Of a DNA stretch of 64,000 nt, positions 11,269-23,272 are shown piece after piece (position 1 is the stretch's first letter; every line of letters starts with the position of its first letter). Position numbers and translations under genes: made by a program. Location: the NCBI GenBank assembly GCA_000004985.1, contig GG738906.1; one strand, given 5' to 3'. A model generated the notes under the pieces. The model was not told where the DNA came from. It saw only the letters and a list, made by a program, of their open reading frames with translations, and did not search any database. Origin of the DNA: Naegleria gruberi. Its lineage: Eukaryota.

Positions 11269-11532
11269 ATGAATCCACCAACAGAACAAATCGAATCTGT
11301 ATTGCAACCACATCAAATGGTGTATCCTTACAGAAAACGAGCAACACAAACCATCAACACATCTACCATCAACAACAAACAACAAACATCTCCTGAGGAA
11401 GACATTGTTCCTCCCTTATTAATGAATTTCATACCACCTCCTTGTCCAGTTGATAATATTACAAATCCTTCCTTAGCAGCTTTGAAAAGAAATTGTTATT
11501 GGAGAAGGAGATTGTTCTTGCACAATGGATAA
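11269..11532 (+). CDS. Hypothetical Pro/Thr-rich ORF (87 aa). It may be the 5' part of the next gene, separated by a frame discontinuity.
   Basis: ATG in an A-rich context. Ends 8 nt after the start of the next ORF, in a different frame. No clean GT...AG intron was found to join them. Confidence 0.3.
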   Translation: MNPPTEQIESVLQPHQMVYPYRKRATQTINTSTINNKQQTSPEEDIVPPLLMNFIPPPCPVDNITNPSLAALKRNCYWRRRLFLHNG

Positions 11533-12562
11533 AGAAGGAACAACTTATACTGTTCGAACAGTAGATAAGCATGAACGATCGTTAAACAGTAGTCATGATA
11601 ACGCAACTAGTATAACTCGAAGCTCAATTCCGCCCCAAACAACCGCCACCACACAACCACAAATTCACTCTTCAACAACAACATCACCAACAATTTCTCC
11701 AACCTTTGCAACCCTTTATCGAAGTGCCTCCTCATATCGTGCGCATGTTTCAGGCACACCTCAATACGTACAAACATCACCTGCCCAAGTGGTTAGGTCT
11801 TCATCATTTGATAGCCATTTGCCAATTTTCTCACACATTCCCTCCACCAATATCACACATGCAAACACTTTATCCTCTCCTTCTCTGTCACCTAATCATG
11901 CTTATTTTCTTAGCTCAACACCAACCCAATTTCTCTCCACTAGTATTCCAACAATTCAGTATTCATCATCACCAAATTATTGCCCCATTCCAAATACAAC
12001 CTTCTCTCATGTTCCTCTTTTTGTTTCTACACAGCCTGTGACTGTAGTTCCCTCAAATATTCAAAAACCAAACATTTCAAAGAAAAAGGTAAAGACACCT
12101 TCTTCCCCAGTGGCTTCATCTTCATCATCTTCCAGTCAATCATCGCAACATTTACAAATAGTAAGCCAGGAGCATCCTTCTGCTCAAGAAAGAAAACGAT
12201 CAATCTCACCAGCATTTGGAGAGCAAGTCAAGTTAACCCCCCCTGAAAAGAAAACAAAAACCATCGAAATTCCAAAGTCTACACAAGCTTTGAAAATTCC
12301 AAGAGCAGAAATAGCAGAAGCAAAACAACATTCTAAAGACTCACTAAAGGGGAAAAAAACCATTGTGGCTAGATTTCTTTGCCCAAACAATTGCGAAATT
12401 CAAGGCACCCCAATTGTTTCACTAGATTCCTCATCTCACAGTGTAATTATTCAAGGTGTCAGTTTAGTTTATAATCCTCCAGAGTTTGCTCAGTTGGATA
12501 AAACAGTGGTAGTGAAAGGAGAGAACGGATCTCTAGAAGTAAGATTGCCACTTTTAGAGTAG
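11525..12562 (+). CDS. Hypothetical Ser/Thr/Pro-rich protein (345 aa)
   Basis: Long ORF with gene-like codon usage. Low-complexity S/T/P N-terminal half and a conserved-looking C-terminal ~80 aa. No recognisable domain. Confidence 0.4.
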   Translation: MDKEGTTYTVRTVDKHERSLNSSHDNATSITRSSIPPQTTATTQPQIHSSTTTSPTISPTFATLYRSASSYRAHVSGTPQYVQTSPAQVVRSSSFDSHLPIFSHIPSTNITHANTLSSPSLSPNHAYFLSSTPTQFLSTSIPTIQYSSSPNYCPIPNTTFSHVPLFVSTQPVTVVPSNIQKPNISKKKVKTPSSPVASSSSSSSQSSQHLQIVSQEHPSAQERKRSISPAFGEQVKLTPPEKKTKTIEIPKSTQALKIPRAEIAEAKQHSKDSLKGKKTIVARFLCPNNCEIQGTPIVSLDSSSHSVIIQGVSLVYNPPEFAQLDKTVVVKGENGSLEVRLPLLE

Positions 12563-12603
12563 AATGTTATAGAATAATAACATGAACCATTGTACAGTAA
12601 TAT

Positions 12604-14897
12604 TTATTGAGATAAAGATCCTCTTACAATTTCTACCAAAGATGTCAATAATTGGAAAACAACAGTAGTTTGAGGATTGATTAAAATCTTAAACAGAGCA
12701 TTTCTTAAATTTTGGCTATCAGCTTGCTCATTATCTGAGGCAATGTCATTAACATCAACTACCTTATTAATAAGTTCCATTTGTTGTGCTAGGAAAGAAG
12801 AAATTAGAGGATGAGATTTGATAGGTTCTTCCATTAATTTTGCCAATAAGTCTAATACCTTCTTTTCATTCTCATCAATGACTTGTTCATTCTTAATAAG
12901 TTCACCCTTTTCGTAGAGTTGAGAAAACTTTCTACCCTGTGCATCTGTGTAGTGAGTTTCCCCTTCAATTTGTCCGTCAACCCAATATCCCTCAAGAGAT
13001 TCTTTACTGTCCAAAAGAACAAATCTTCCTCTCCCATCAAATTTACCTCTTTTCCAATAACCAACATATGTGTATCCAGATGATGAAAAAGTTCCATAAC
13101 CATCAGAGAAATCACCAAGCCATTCACCTTCATAAACATCACCATTAGGATAGGATTGTTTGCCAAAACCTTCTCTCTTATCATTGTTCCATTCCCCATC
13201 ATAATGGGACTGATTTGCAGCAAATTTCATTTTACCCCTTCCAGATTTGATTGAATTTATAAAGTGGCCTTCGTAGACATCTCCTGAGGCATATTTATAA
13301 ATACCTTTACCTGTTATGGAATCTTTTGAGAATTCACCTTCGTATTTGGATCCATCTGTAAACACCATCTTACCTGCTCCATCTCTCATATCATCAATAA
13401 AATAGCCTTCATATACACCTCCATCGTTGTACATTAAAATACCAAAACCGTGCTTTTGTCCATTTGTGTTTGTGTCACCTTTATAAAATGGTTGGTTGCA
13501 ATCCATATTAAGATTATCACCAAGTCCACTACCAATCGAAATATTATGTGGTAATGTGGCTATATCAATTGAACTTTCAGATTCAACCGATGTTATGGAA
13601 GACAGATTATTCTCTACTTCTAAAACCATCTTAACAGACACTTGCCTTTTGTGATACACTCGGCTTAATGTAGCAGTATTATTAACAACAGTAGGGGTTG
13701 TACTGGCACCAATACTATTCAAATCTTCATCCTCAGTTTGATCATTGCATGTTTGAGAGGTTGCTGTATTTTCATCATTTGTCTGAATGTCTGAAACACC
13801 ATCCTCAAATATTTGAGGAGCATTGACTATTAATGACTTGATGACGTTGGTTGCATTGGAAATATCTCTAATAGTTAGCATGGGATCTTGATCTTTCAGA
13901 TATAATATATTAGGTTGAATTACAATAGCAATATTTTCAGGACTCATTAAATTCTAAAATTCAAACAAATTGAAATAACAATAAATAAAATATTAACAAA
14001 CATTAATAATAAAATAAAAATTAGTTCAATATTTTTGAAATTATTACATACCACTTGTTGTTTTTTCGAAACAGTATTTAAAAATAGGCAAAGTTTTTTT
14101 AGCAGTACATAATTTGCTCTGGGCAAAAGACCACAAATTTGTTGTAATAATTGACATTTACGACTAGTTTCCAATTCCTCAAGTTCTGAAGGTGATAAAT
14201 TATTTGTATCATTATTTGATATTGAAGTGGTATTAATCATTTTTGAAGTTGCAAGAAATGATTCGTATAGTTTGTTTGTTAATAGTGGTTCTCTCAGTTT
14301 CCTCAAATAAACCTTAATGAGAGAGGCTGCTAAATGTACATCTGCATATTCATTAAAATCAACTGTAGCCATTTTAGCTCCACCACTTTTAAATAATTCA
14401 TCAATTTCTTTCATTACCTTTTCTTCTCTACTCTTCGATGTAGAATGTCTGAAAATACCTTGAGTTTCCAAGCCATGTTTCTCCAAATAGTCCATGGCAT
14501 GAAATAGGAATTGGGGAATGTGTTCAGGTGAATTGGAAGGAAATTCATGGCCCCAAATGGTATCCTGATTCAAAATTTTAGAAAGTCCACCATTGATACC
14601 AGTACTACTACTACCCTTTGAATTTTCACCACCATTCAATATTTGTGATGATGAGGATGTTGAAGAGGAACGAGTGGAATTCTTTTTTCTTTTACTTCTT
14701 GTGGTGGTGGTGGAACCGTTATTATTACTACTACATGAGGATTCATCATCATCATGTTGCTGCTGTTGCTTGTCATGTTCATTAATCATTCCTTGTAACT
14801 GATCGTAGAGTGCAGTGGATTTTTGACCGTCAGTGTTTTTGAAGAGTGCCACAGATGCTCTGGGCTCTAATTTGATACGGGAAAATAGTCTTCTCAT
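12604..14897 (-). CDS. RhoGAP domain protein fused to C-terminal MORN repeats (2 exons)
   Basis: Exon 1 (14052-14897) contains a RhoGAP domain (GIFRHSTSK...DVHLAASLIKVYLRKLREPLL). A 98-nt intron at 13954-14051 (GTATGT...CTAAT...TTTTAG) is in phase 0. Exon 2 (12604-13953) carries about 7 MORN repeats (YEGEF/YEGEW...G.G). Confidence 0.7.
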
Positions 14898-15397
14898 AAT
14901 TGTTGAATTAAAGTGTTGATGATAAAGGTGAATTTTGTGGTTTCAAAAAATGTCAAGAGCTGTCACACACCAACAATTTTTGACAACACGGTTTTATGGT
15001 GTGGTAATGGTGCCCTTTTTTTTTTAATTGTTTTAATTTCCTCAAAACGACATTAGACGGATTTGAAAAGAATTAACGACATGAGAAATTTAAGGTAACG
15101 AAGAATAAATTTATTAACTTGTCACATATTACCTGAATGGTATTGTAATTGATGGTTGTGAGTTAAATAGTAGTAAAAACTCATTGTTACCATTTAATTC
15201 TCAAGTGCCAATCTAACATAAGTATCATATCTCTTAGATCTAATGGACTCATTTCTGTTCAATTGATCTCTTAAGAGATCGAGAATTAAAAAAAGAATAT
15301 CCATCCTTGCCTCACAGGGGTTGTCAGACGATTGGTGTTTTTCTTGTTGTTTGGTGTGTCTAATGAGGAGAGATAGACCTGAATATTGTTGAGTGAA

Positions 15398-16410
15398 TTA
15401 ATTTAGTCTAACTAATAACTTACAGTCATTCAAAATACTTTCAAGATCACATCTATTGCTTATTAAAGCTATAAGGAATTTGAGAAATGATTTACAAGTG
15501 TTAAGATCGGGAAAATGTTGTTTTGCATGCTTTCTCTTTTTCAATGGAGGTTGGATTTGAGCTTGATTGTTATTTTGAATGAAAATTGTTACAGACCTCC
15601 ACAATAACTGCTTTTTCAATGTTTGAACAGTTTCGATCAATGATGAGTACACTAAGTTTTCCTCCGATATTGCATCGAAAATTGTTTCAATGAGTGTTTC
15701 TAATCTTCTTCTTGAAATAGGAGAGAAAATTGTTTCAGCTGTAAATCTGGCCTCAATACACAAGGCTAAATATTCTAATTTGATTTGAGAAGTTTTACAA
15801 TTTTCAACAATACTTGTTACAATTTTCAATATACTAGAATCAGCTTGTTCCATTATTTCCTCTGATGATTTAAAGTATGAATCAAATACAAGTCTCATCA
15901 CAAAATCCTTATCAAAATCAGGATTAATGAAATTTTCCAAAACCAACTCTGATAACAATTTAATGTCGAATTGAGGAAAATAGAAAGGAAGATTTAAAAT
16001 ATGTACAAGAAGAGTACATGTAATCTTTCCCATATTTTCAAATAATACAACATGATCATATCTGCAATAAAATCGAATTAGGTTCTCTATTGTAAAATAA
16101 ATAAATACCTAAATTCTTGAGGAGGATGTCTAGTAATTTCAACAAGATACATCAAAATTTTGATTATATAATCATTGATATTCAAGTCTTTTCTGTTCGA
16201 ATAGTTGCACAACATTTCAAATACAGCCTCATCTTGTATTCCTTTCAATAAGAAAGTGATAATTTCCTCCAAAGAATCATAATTAATGTTTCCATTTTCA
16301 ATCATATCTTTTAATATTGAATGTATTGTTTTAAAACATTGATTCATTTCAGTGAACTTATTTGCATCCCTAGCTTGTAAAATTTCCAAAGCCTTTTTGA
16401 TTGACTCCAT
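15398..16410 (-). CDS. Hypothetical alpha-helical protein (~320 aa, 2 exons)
   Basis: Exon 1 is 16109-16410. A 47-nt intron at 16062-16108 (GTATTT...CCTAAT...TTGCAG) is phase-consistent. Exon 2 is 15398-16061. No recognised domain. Confidence 0.45.
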
Positions 16411-16447
16411 CTTGTTTAATAATTAATATTTTTTTTTGTTTTAAAAA
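16411..16447. promoter_or_regulatory. 37-bp head-to-head spacer between two divergently oriented genes
   Basis: The minus-strand ATG is at 16410 and the plus-strand ATG at 16448. The spacer is almost pure A/T (taataattaatatttttttttgttttaaaaa). Confidence 0.35.
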
Positions 16448-17416
16448 ATGTCAGCAACAAGAGAAACTAGCAACATCACACAACAAGCATCATCAGCTAA
16501 TAATAGTAGTAGTAGTAAGGAGGGTGTTGTTAAATATCCAAACAAGTACACTACGGATCCAATTAATTTAAATGATTTTTATTCGTCATTACATTTCTCG
16601 GAGGAAACATTAACACAAGAACAAAGAGACATTTATAAGGAGATGGAAATTTTTGACTATTGCAATCAACAAGCAATTAAAATTGTTGGAGATCCAAAGG
16701 TTGGTCAAGCACATTATATTGAAAGATTATGCTCTATGAAATACTTGAAAGGTTCTTCTTGCTTGGATAAATACGTCTCTTTTAATGCCGAAGAAACACC
16801 AGGAAGACTAAACTCATCAACAAAGGATTACGCCCAATTTTATTATAATTTAATGCACTGTCAGGAACGAGATGAAGATTCAAGTGCCAAGTATAAAGTA
16901 TTATTAGAAGAAAGAGAAGATTTCTCAAATGTCAAATCGCACCAATTGAAAGATGTATTTCCAATTATTCATGATAATTTACTTTTGAAAAATAGTGATT
17001 CCTTAAAGGAAATTTTTTCTAAAATTGATCCTAATAGCGAAGATCGTTCAAAACAACTTTTTGAACATTTAACCAATAGAACTGCATTGCCTCAATATGA
17101 AAATTTGAGGAAATGTGCCAAGGAACGATATGTTAAATCTGTTCATGACGATGATACTTTTGGATTAAACCAAAATAATGTCAACGAACTAGCTCATAAG
17201 TGTTTTGTTCCTTATTTTGAATTTTTCACAAGGATTGGAACTGTCCTTTGTAGAAGGCAAATTGAAAACTGCTTGGCTCTTGGTTTGAAGAAACAACGTA
17301 CAACTGTTCCAGAGGCCAATGTTTTCTACCTTAACACATGCTTTTCAGATGATTCACTCGTGGCTGATTGTATGAAATATACAGAGAAGTATTTTATTGA
17401 TAAGTTAGAAGAATAA
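16448..17416 (+). CDS. Hypothetical protein (322 aa)
   Basis: ATG at 16448 in an A-rich context, only 37 bp from the start of the divergently transcribed gene at 16410. Single ORF, no recognised domain. Confidence 0.45.
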   Translation: MSATRETSNITQQASSANNSSSSKEGVVKYPNKYTTDPINLNDFYSSLHFSEETLTQEQRDIYKEMEIFDYCNQQAIKIVGDPKVGQAHYIERLCSMKYLKGSSCLDKYVSFNAEETPGRLNSSTKDYAQFYYNLMHCQERDEDSSAKYKVLLEEREDFSNVKSHQLKDVFPIIHDNLLLKNSDSLKEIFSKIDPNSEDRSKQLFEHLTNRTALPQYENLRKCAKERYVKSVHDDDTFGLNQNNVNELAHKCFVPYFEFFTRIGTVLCRRQIENCLALGLKKQRTTVPEANVFYLNTCFSDDSLVADCMKYTEKYFIDKLEE

Positions 17417-17594
17417 ATACTTGTCGATTCATAATATCATTGATACAGTTGTTATTTTCAAAGTTTGGTTTAATATAATCATTTATGGCAAGAATTTCAA
17501 AATATGATCTATTTGTGTCTAATGGAATGAACGTGACTTGCATGAGTTCTCTAATTCAAGCAAAAATATTTTTGTTTCAATTAAAAAGGCTCTA

Positions 17595-18821
17595 TTAAGT
17601 TTTCTTATATTTTAGCCAAGTTAAAGCTGCAACAAGAATCAGACAACCAGCCATCCACATTTTTTGCTTTTCCTTCTCATATTCAAAATAGTGTATTGTA
17701 TGTTGAATAATTTCTAAATATTCCCACAAGTGATATTGATTTCGAATTGGAAATTTTGTTGACCTTATTTCTATCTTGGCTGGATTTTCATTGTAAAGTA
17801 TTGATTCATCTTTCTTCCAATCTAATAAACAAGCACTTGTATGATAATCATATGGATTCAACTCTATCAAAATTAAATCATCCTGGTTCAACATGACATC
17901 AAATATATATGACTCGTAATACTTGGACAGTATTGATACTTTTTCATTAAAAAAATTTACAATTTTTCTTGAAGATAATTCAATGTCAATATCTTGATGG
18001 AATACATGCTGATCATATTGAGAAATTGCAACTAATTTACCTTTAAAAACAAAGCATCTGAACTCATTTTTGAAATCAACATTTTCACACCATTCTCTCA
18101 ATATGATATGAGAATGGGAATAAGTGGGATCCTTGTGATAGTAATTATTTGTCAAAATCCATTCAAAACCTCTCCTAATATGCAAATTGTTTAAAAGTTA
18201 AAAAATAAGTAAATACCTTATTCTCTTACTCAGCAAAATTAAAATCACTCCATACATTAGATTATTTTCTGATATTCTCATTAAATTAGTATATGACTTT
18301 CTTATTATTTTAAATATTTCATTTTGATTATTGTAAAATTGATCCAGCTCATTTTCAGTGTGGGAATGTTTTTGAAAATTGTTAAGAAAATTGATGTATT
18401 CCTCAATCGTTGATAATTGATTTCCCAATGTGTTTACCATATAATCTCTATTCCTTCCTAAATTGAAACTCTCAATACTGTCTTTTGGTGAATTTGATGA
18501 TGTTCTCAAAAATACTCCACTACTAGATGGATGTGTTGAAAAATAATTTTCCAATTCTTGTAGTATGTATTTAACAGTTGATATGCAACAAGTGAATAAA
18601 TCTTTTAGATCATCAAAAGAATCCATTTTTATGCTAATCCTCCTTTTAAATTCACTCATGGTTTTTTTATCTGTCATAAATTCGTATAATTGTGTAATTT
18701 GGTCAATTGTTAACGGAATAAAAAAAGTAGGAAATGTAACGTTGGAACAATGTTGATACCAACATTCCACATCATAGGATTTCCAAAATTTAATTTCTTC
18801 GGCTGAACGGCATTGAATCAT
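17595..18821 (-). CDS. CDC123 (D123) family protein, 2 exons
   Basis: The C-terminal exon carries the D123-like motif EFRCFVFKGKLVAISQYD. The N-terminal exon is 18230-18821. There is a ~55-60-nt GTAAGA...YAG intron around 18170-18229; the exact acceptor is ambiguous. Confidence 0.55.
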
Positions 18822-18846
18822 TTTTTTAAAAAAGAAAATATTTTAT

Positions 18847-20415
18847 TTAAAACGTTTCATCATCAGATGAATCAAGCAAATCATCAAGATTAGGTAAAAT
18901 GCTATTCCCTCCTTGTTCTTGTACAAGTGTTGAAATGAAGGTTTGTAAAATATCTCTAAAGATGTGTTCGTTTTCAGGACTTACAACAAGCTGATTCATG
19001 GCCATTCCTAGACCCATATTTTCATTCTCATTGTTGAGACTGTTGGAGTGGTATAAATTTAGAATTTGATCACCATGTTGTCTCATTACTCTCTCTAAAA
19101 TACTCCTTTCAAAGCTATCATCTATTTCAGTATCCATTTTAATATTGACCTTTTGTGTTGATGTTTCCCAGAAGAATAATCTTGAACTTTCAATAGAGTT
19201 GGTAAGTAATCTGTTGTCATTAATGTTGAGAATTAAATGTACAACACCTTCATGGCCATTCAATGTGCGGAGAAGTTTTCCAGAATCCTTTTCATAAATG
19301 TAAACCTTATTATCCTCACTTCCTGTCAGTACATATTTTTCATTATCAAAGAAACAGCTACTGACATTATAACTCTTACATTTGTGATCTTGATACTTTT
19401 GAATAACACTAGAGTCCAAATTACTAATTTGATCAGATGTACCTGTAGGTAATTTTCTAACATCGAACAACCGTATTACACTATCTCTACCACTAGAAAG
19501 AAGGTGATGGTCATCTTTGGTAATTTGTAATTGATTCATTTTTCCTTCATGAGCTTTGATTTTGAAAATTGGTTTGACAGTATTGGAACCTGTATTAGAG
19601 TTGAAAACTAAATTTCTAGAGTCGTACAGTCTAATATATCCATCACGAGATCCTGTATAGAACATGCTAGGTGAATGATTTGTACAAAGTATGGAATTAA
19701 TAGTATTTAATCCACCTAGAATATTTTGAGGGTCATTTTGAATTTGGAACAAAATTTGGTGTTCCTTATTAATATCATATCCGAATATTCTACCTGAAAT
19801 ACAACCAGAAAGAAGAGTCGAATTATCACAAGATGTATCCAAACACCGAATCCAATCTTTGTGATCCTTTAGTGTTTGAATATTATTTTCTCCGTGCCAA
19901 ACTTTGATTGTTTTGTCCAAAGATGATGTGTAGAAAAATTCGTCATCAATTGCATGACTAGTTGATGTTTTTCTATTATCATTTTCAAGTCTATGCTTGT
20001 TGTTATCCATAAAATGTATTTGAGTGACAATTTCTCTGTGTTGTGTTTTAAATTGTTTAGTTTTTTGTCCATCTTCATTCAATAAAAGAAGTTCTGATTT
20101 TCCATTCGCAACTGCAATAACATTCTTTCTTTCATTCATAGAGACAGAGAAACAACAATCCTCTCCTCCTCCATTACCATTTCCCTTTCCGATTGTAGCA
20201 ACTTGTGCTGTTTCTAGTTTATCTATTAAAGCAACCTTTTTAATACGTTCTCTCATAGATTGTTGAACGCTATTTGTTGATCCACGATTTCTTGAAGAAC
20301 TTGAGAGGAATGCTCTATTGTTTACATATTTAAATAAACTTTTTCTTGTCTCTTCAAAATATTTGTCATCATGTGCCATCATTTTTTTAATAATAATTAA
20401 ATTTGATTGGTACAA
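18847..20415 (-). CDS. WD40-repeat protein (522 aa)
   Basis: Multiple WD-like repeats (…GSRDGYIRLYD, …SGRDSVIRLFDVR, …GSEDNKVYIYE). Single exon. Family not assignable. Confidence 0.55.
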   Translation of the reverse strand: MYQSNLIIIKKMMAHDDKYFEETRKSLFKYVNNRAFLSSSSRNRGSTNSVQQSMRERIKKVALIDKLETAQVATIGKGNGNGGGEDCCFSVSMNERKNVIAVANGKSELLLLNEDGQKTKQFKTQHREIVTQIHFMDNNKHRLENDNRKTSTSHAIDDEFFYTSSLDKTIKVWHGENNIQTLKDHKDWIRCLDTSCDNSTLLSGCISGRIFGYDINKEHQILFQIQNDPQNILGGLNTINSILCTNHSPSMFYTGSRDGYIRLYDSRNLVFNSNTGSNTVKPIFKIKAHEGKMNQLQITKDDHHLLSSGRDSVIRLFDVRKLPTGTSDQISNLDSSVIQKYQDHKCKSYNVSSCFFDNEKYVLTGSEDNKVYIYEKDSGKLLRTLNGHEGVVHLILNINDNRLLTNSIESSRLFFWETSTQKVNIKMDTEIDDSFERSILERVMRQHGDQILNLYHSNSLNNENENMGLGMAMNQLVVSPENEHIFRDILQTFISTLVQEQGGNSILPNLDDLLDSSDDETF

Positions 20416-20640
20416 ATTATTGATAGTTAATATTATATTAATATTACACTATTGTTATCAATCACATAAAATTCTATTGAAACAATACTAGTCAATAAAC
20501 AAATACAATTATTAAAAATTAAAGCATCCGCCATGTCGCCGATAATAAATAATAGACCTTCCTTTCCTATCACAAATAAATAGAAGAAATGTGAAGCAGG
20601 AGATCCATTCAACAACACATTTCAAAAAAAATCAAATATC

Positions 20641-22302
20641 ATGGTCCTTCTTAAAAACGTAAAGAATTTTACCAAACATTACGATATTATTGTAATTGGT
20701 GCTGGTGCTGGTCTTGGTAAATTGGGTCGTCCAGCAACAGAATACGGTTATTCTGTTGCCTTGTGCGAGAATGATAAATTGGGAGGAACTTGTTTGAACA
20801 GAGGATGTATTCCAAGTGTATGTTTTTCAAAATTATTCTTTTTGATCCGATCCAATTTTAATGGAAATATAGAAAATGTTGATCCATCCAGCAGAAGTTG
20901 CAAACAATATTGAAGAAGCACATCGTTTTGAAATTGACGTAAAAAAGAAGGAAAATTCTGATGATTTAGATTATGACATTAGATTTTCAGAAATGGTTTC
21001 AAGAGTTTGTAAGACTATTGATGAAGAAAGTGATTCAATCATTCCAAGAGTTGAAGCTAATCAAAAATTAGATTGGTTTGTTGGACAAACTGGTAGATTT
21101 GTTGGAGAAAGAACTGTTCAAGTTGGAAGTCCAGAAGACAATGTTGTCATTACAGGTAAGATATTAATGTCTATAGTGGATTCTAATAATTAAATAGCTG
21201 ATAGAGTTTTTGTAGCTTGTGGAGCAAGAGCATTAGACTTGTCAAAGGAAATTGAAGGATTGGACAAGACCCCATACATGACATATAGAGAGGCTTTGAG
21301 AAATCAAAAGCGATTCAAATCATTGATTGTTATTGGAGCTGGTTATATTGCTACCGAACTTGCACATTTCTTTGCAAGTACTGGAACAAAGACTAATATT
21401 TTTGTAAGAAGTGGATTCTTAAAACACGAGGATGAAGAAGTTCAAAAAGAATTTGACCGAGTCTTTTCTAAAAAGAAGAATATTAATGTAATTAAGGGAA
21501 TGAAAATTTTGAAGGCACGATATGAAAATGACGAATTTGTTTTAACTTATTCCAATCCAAGTGATGAATCATCTGGTACTATTGAAGTAAGAGCCGAAGG
21601 TTTATTGGTTGCTGCTGGTGTTGTTCCAAACACTGACATTTTACAATGTGACAAGGCTGGTATTCAAACAAGTAAGGATGGATTCATTATTGTAGACAAA
21701 TTCTTAAAGTCTGTAAACGCACCTAATGTTTGGGCATTTGGTGATGTTGCTGGTAATTATCTTTTCAGACACAATGCCAATTTTGAATCTGAATATCTCA
21801 TGGAAACAGTAATTTCAAAGATGAGTGAGCCTTATCCAATTGACCATACAGGAATGCGTAAGTATCACACTTTATGTTAGACAATTACTAATCCATTACT
21901 ATAGCTCATGCTGTCTTTTCTCAACCACAAATTGCTGGTGTTGGTTTGACTGAGCAAGAATGTAGAAAACAAGGATTGAAATATGTTTCTGTTAAGAATA
22001 ATTACTCAGCTTCAGCTATGGGTATGGCTCTGTTATCGCAAGAAGGTTTTGTAAAGATCATTGTTGAAAGAGAAACTAGAAAGATTTTAGGTTGTCACAT
22101 AGTGGGGCATGAAGCCTCTACTCTCATCCACCAAGTCATTGTTCTTTTCAGACTTCCTGGAGGACCAAAGTTGGACGATTTATTGAACTGTATCTATATT
22201 CACCCAGCTTTATCTGAAATTGTAAGAAATGCTGCCAGAAAGGCTAAGCAAGCTCTTATCGATGCCGGTGAAACTGTGCCAGCAAGCCTCTATTTCAGAT
22301 AA
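20641..22302 (+). CDS. Class I pyridine nucleotide-disulfide oxidoreductase, dihydrolipoamide dehydrogenase (E3)-like; 4 exons
   Basis: FAD GxGxxG (IVIGAGAG), redox-active GGTCLNRGCIPSK, NAD GxGxxA (VIGAGYIATE) and a C-terminal dimerisation HPALSEI motif. Exons 20641-20817, 20873-21155, 21198-21857 and 21905-22302. Introns are 55, 42 and 47 nt (GTATGT/GTAAGA/GTAAGT donors, one with an ACTAAT branch). All junctions are phase-consistent and match the DLD alignment. Confidence 0.75.
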
Positions 22303-22324
22303 ATTAAAGTAAAAAATAACCCTT

Positions 22325-23053
22325 TTATCTTGGTACGGTGGCTAATCCCTTTTTCAGTAAATTGGTGACTTGTTCCTTGCTGAAATTGAAGGCAATCCCT
22401 ACTAGTCTGAAAAATTCTTTAGGTGTTTCCTGCAAGGCAGCTGTTAGCACCTTACCATCAATCTTTTGTGCTCCTTGTTTTTTCAATACGTACAAGTAGA
22501 AAAGTGCTGCAAGAATTGCAATACCTCCAACTACTCCAACAACCACACCAACAATTATACCAATAGATTCCTCTGTGGACAGGGCAGAAAACTTCACAAT
22601 AATATCCATGGTTGCTTGATTGATACCATCAGGAGGATTTATCTCAAAATCAATTGTTTTTCCATTAGAAGTACTAGCTTTGATAGGAATACTAAGCTTC
22701 ATTGATTTGTCAGTGTCCAGATATTGTTTTTGATCTAAAGCAACCTCTTTGGAACCGCCATTCTCATCACTAACTGAAACAAGTATAGATGATGTCACAG
22801 TGACAGTGAATAATCCTTGCTTATCAGAGTTGGTAGGCTTGATTTCAATTTCCACTGTTTTATCCTCACTTGTTGATATTGTGTATACCAGATATTTCTT
22901 TGAGGGGTTAGTCATTGTTACCCTAGTTGAACCTTCCATTACTTTATCAACTTGATTAATTTTTCTAAGTTTCCCTATTGAAAGTGTTGCATTAATAATT
23001 GATGCCGAGAGGAAAACCGTAAGGATGAACAGTTGTAGATGATGTTTGTTCAT
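22325..23053 (-). CDS. Type I membrane glycoprotein (signal peptide + beta-rich ectodomain + single TM), ~242 aa
   Basis: The true ATG is probably at 23053 (MNKHHLQLFILTVFLSASIINA signal). There is a C-terminal TM IGIIVGVVVGVVGGIAILAALFYLYVL and a short cytoplasmic tail. Confidence 0.45.
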   Translation of the reverse strand: MNKHHLQLFILTVFLSASIINATLSIGKLRKINQVDKVMEGSTRVTMTNPSKKYLVYTISTSEDKTVEIEIKPTNSDKQGLFTVTVTSSILVSVSDENGGSKEVALDQKQYLDTDKSMKLSIPIKASTSNGKTIDFEINPPDGINQATMDIIVKFSALSTEESIGIIVGVVVGVVGGIAILAALFYLYVLKKQGAQKIDGKVLTAALQETPKEFFRLVGIAFNFSKEQVTNLLKKGLATVPR

Positions 23054-23272
23054 TTTATTTGATTTTACTGAGTGAACTTGTAGGGAGTACGAAAATTTCT
23101 GGCGCCATTTTTGAGCCCTTACATGAGACCACTCAATGACTTTCAACATGTTGATAAACCAGCAGTTGACCATATATTTACAATAAAAATTGATAAGTTT
23201 TTCATTAAAGACATGAAGTAGCTGTTAACTTCTGCCTCTTCTCACTTAAAAAATCATTGAGGAAATTAGAGC

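Noticed and set aside
14593-14802. Plus-strand ORF with poly-Leu/Cys opposite the Ser/Asn-rich part of the RhoGAP gene
   Set aside because: It is an antisense artefact of a low-complexity coding tract.
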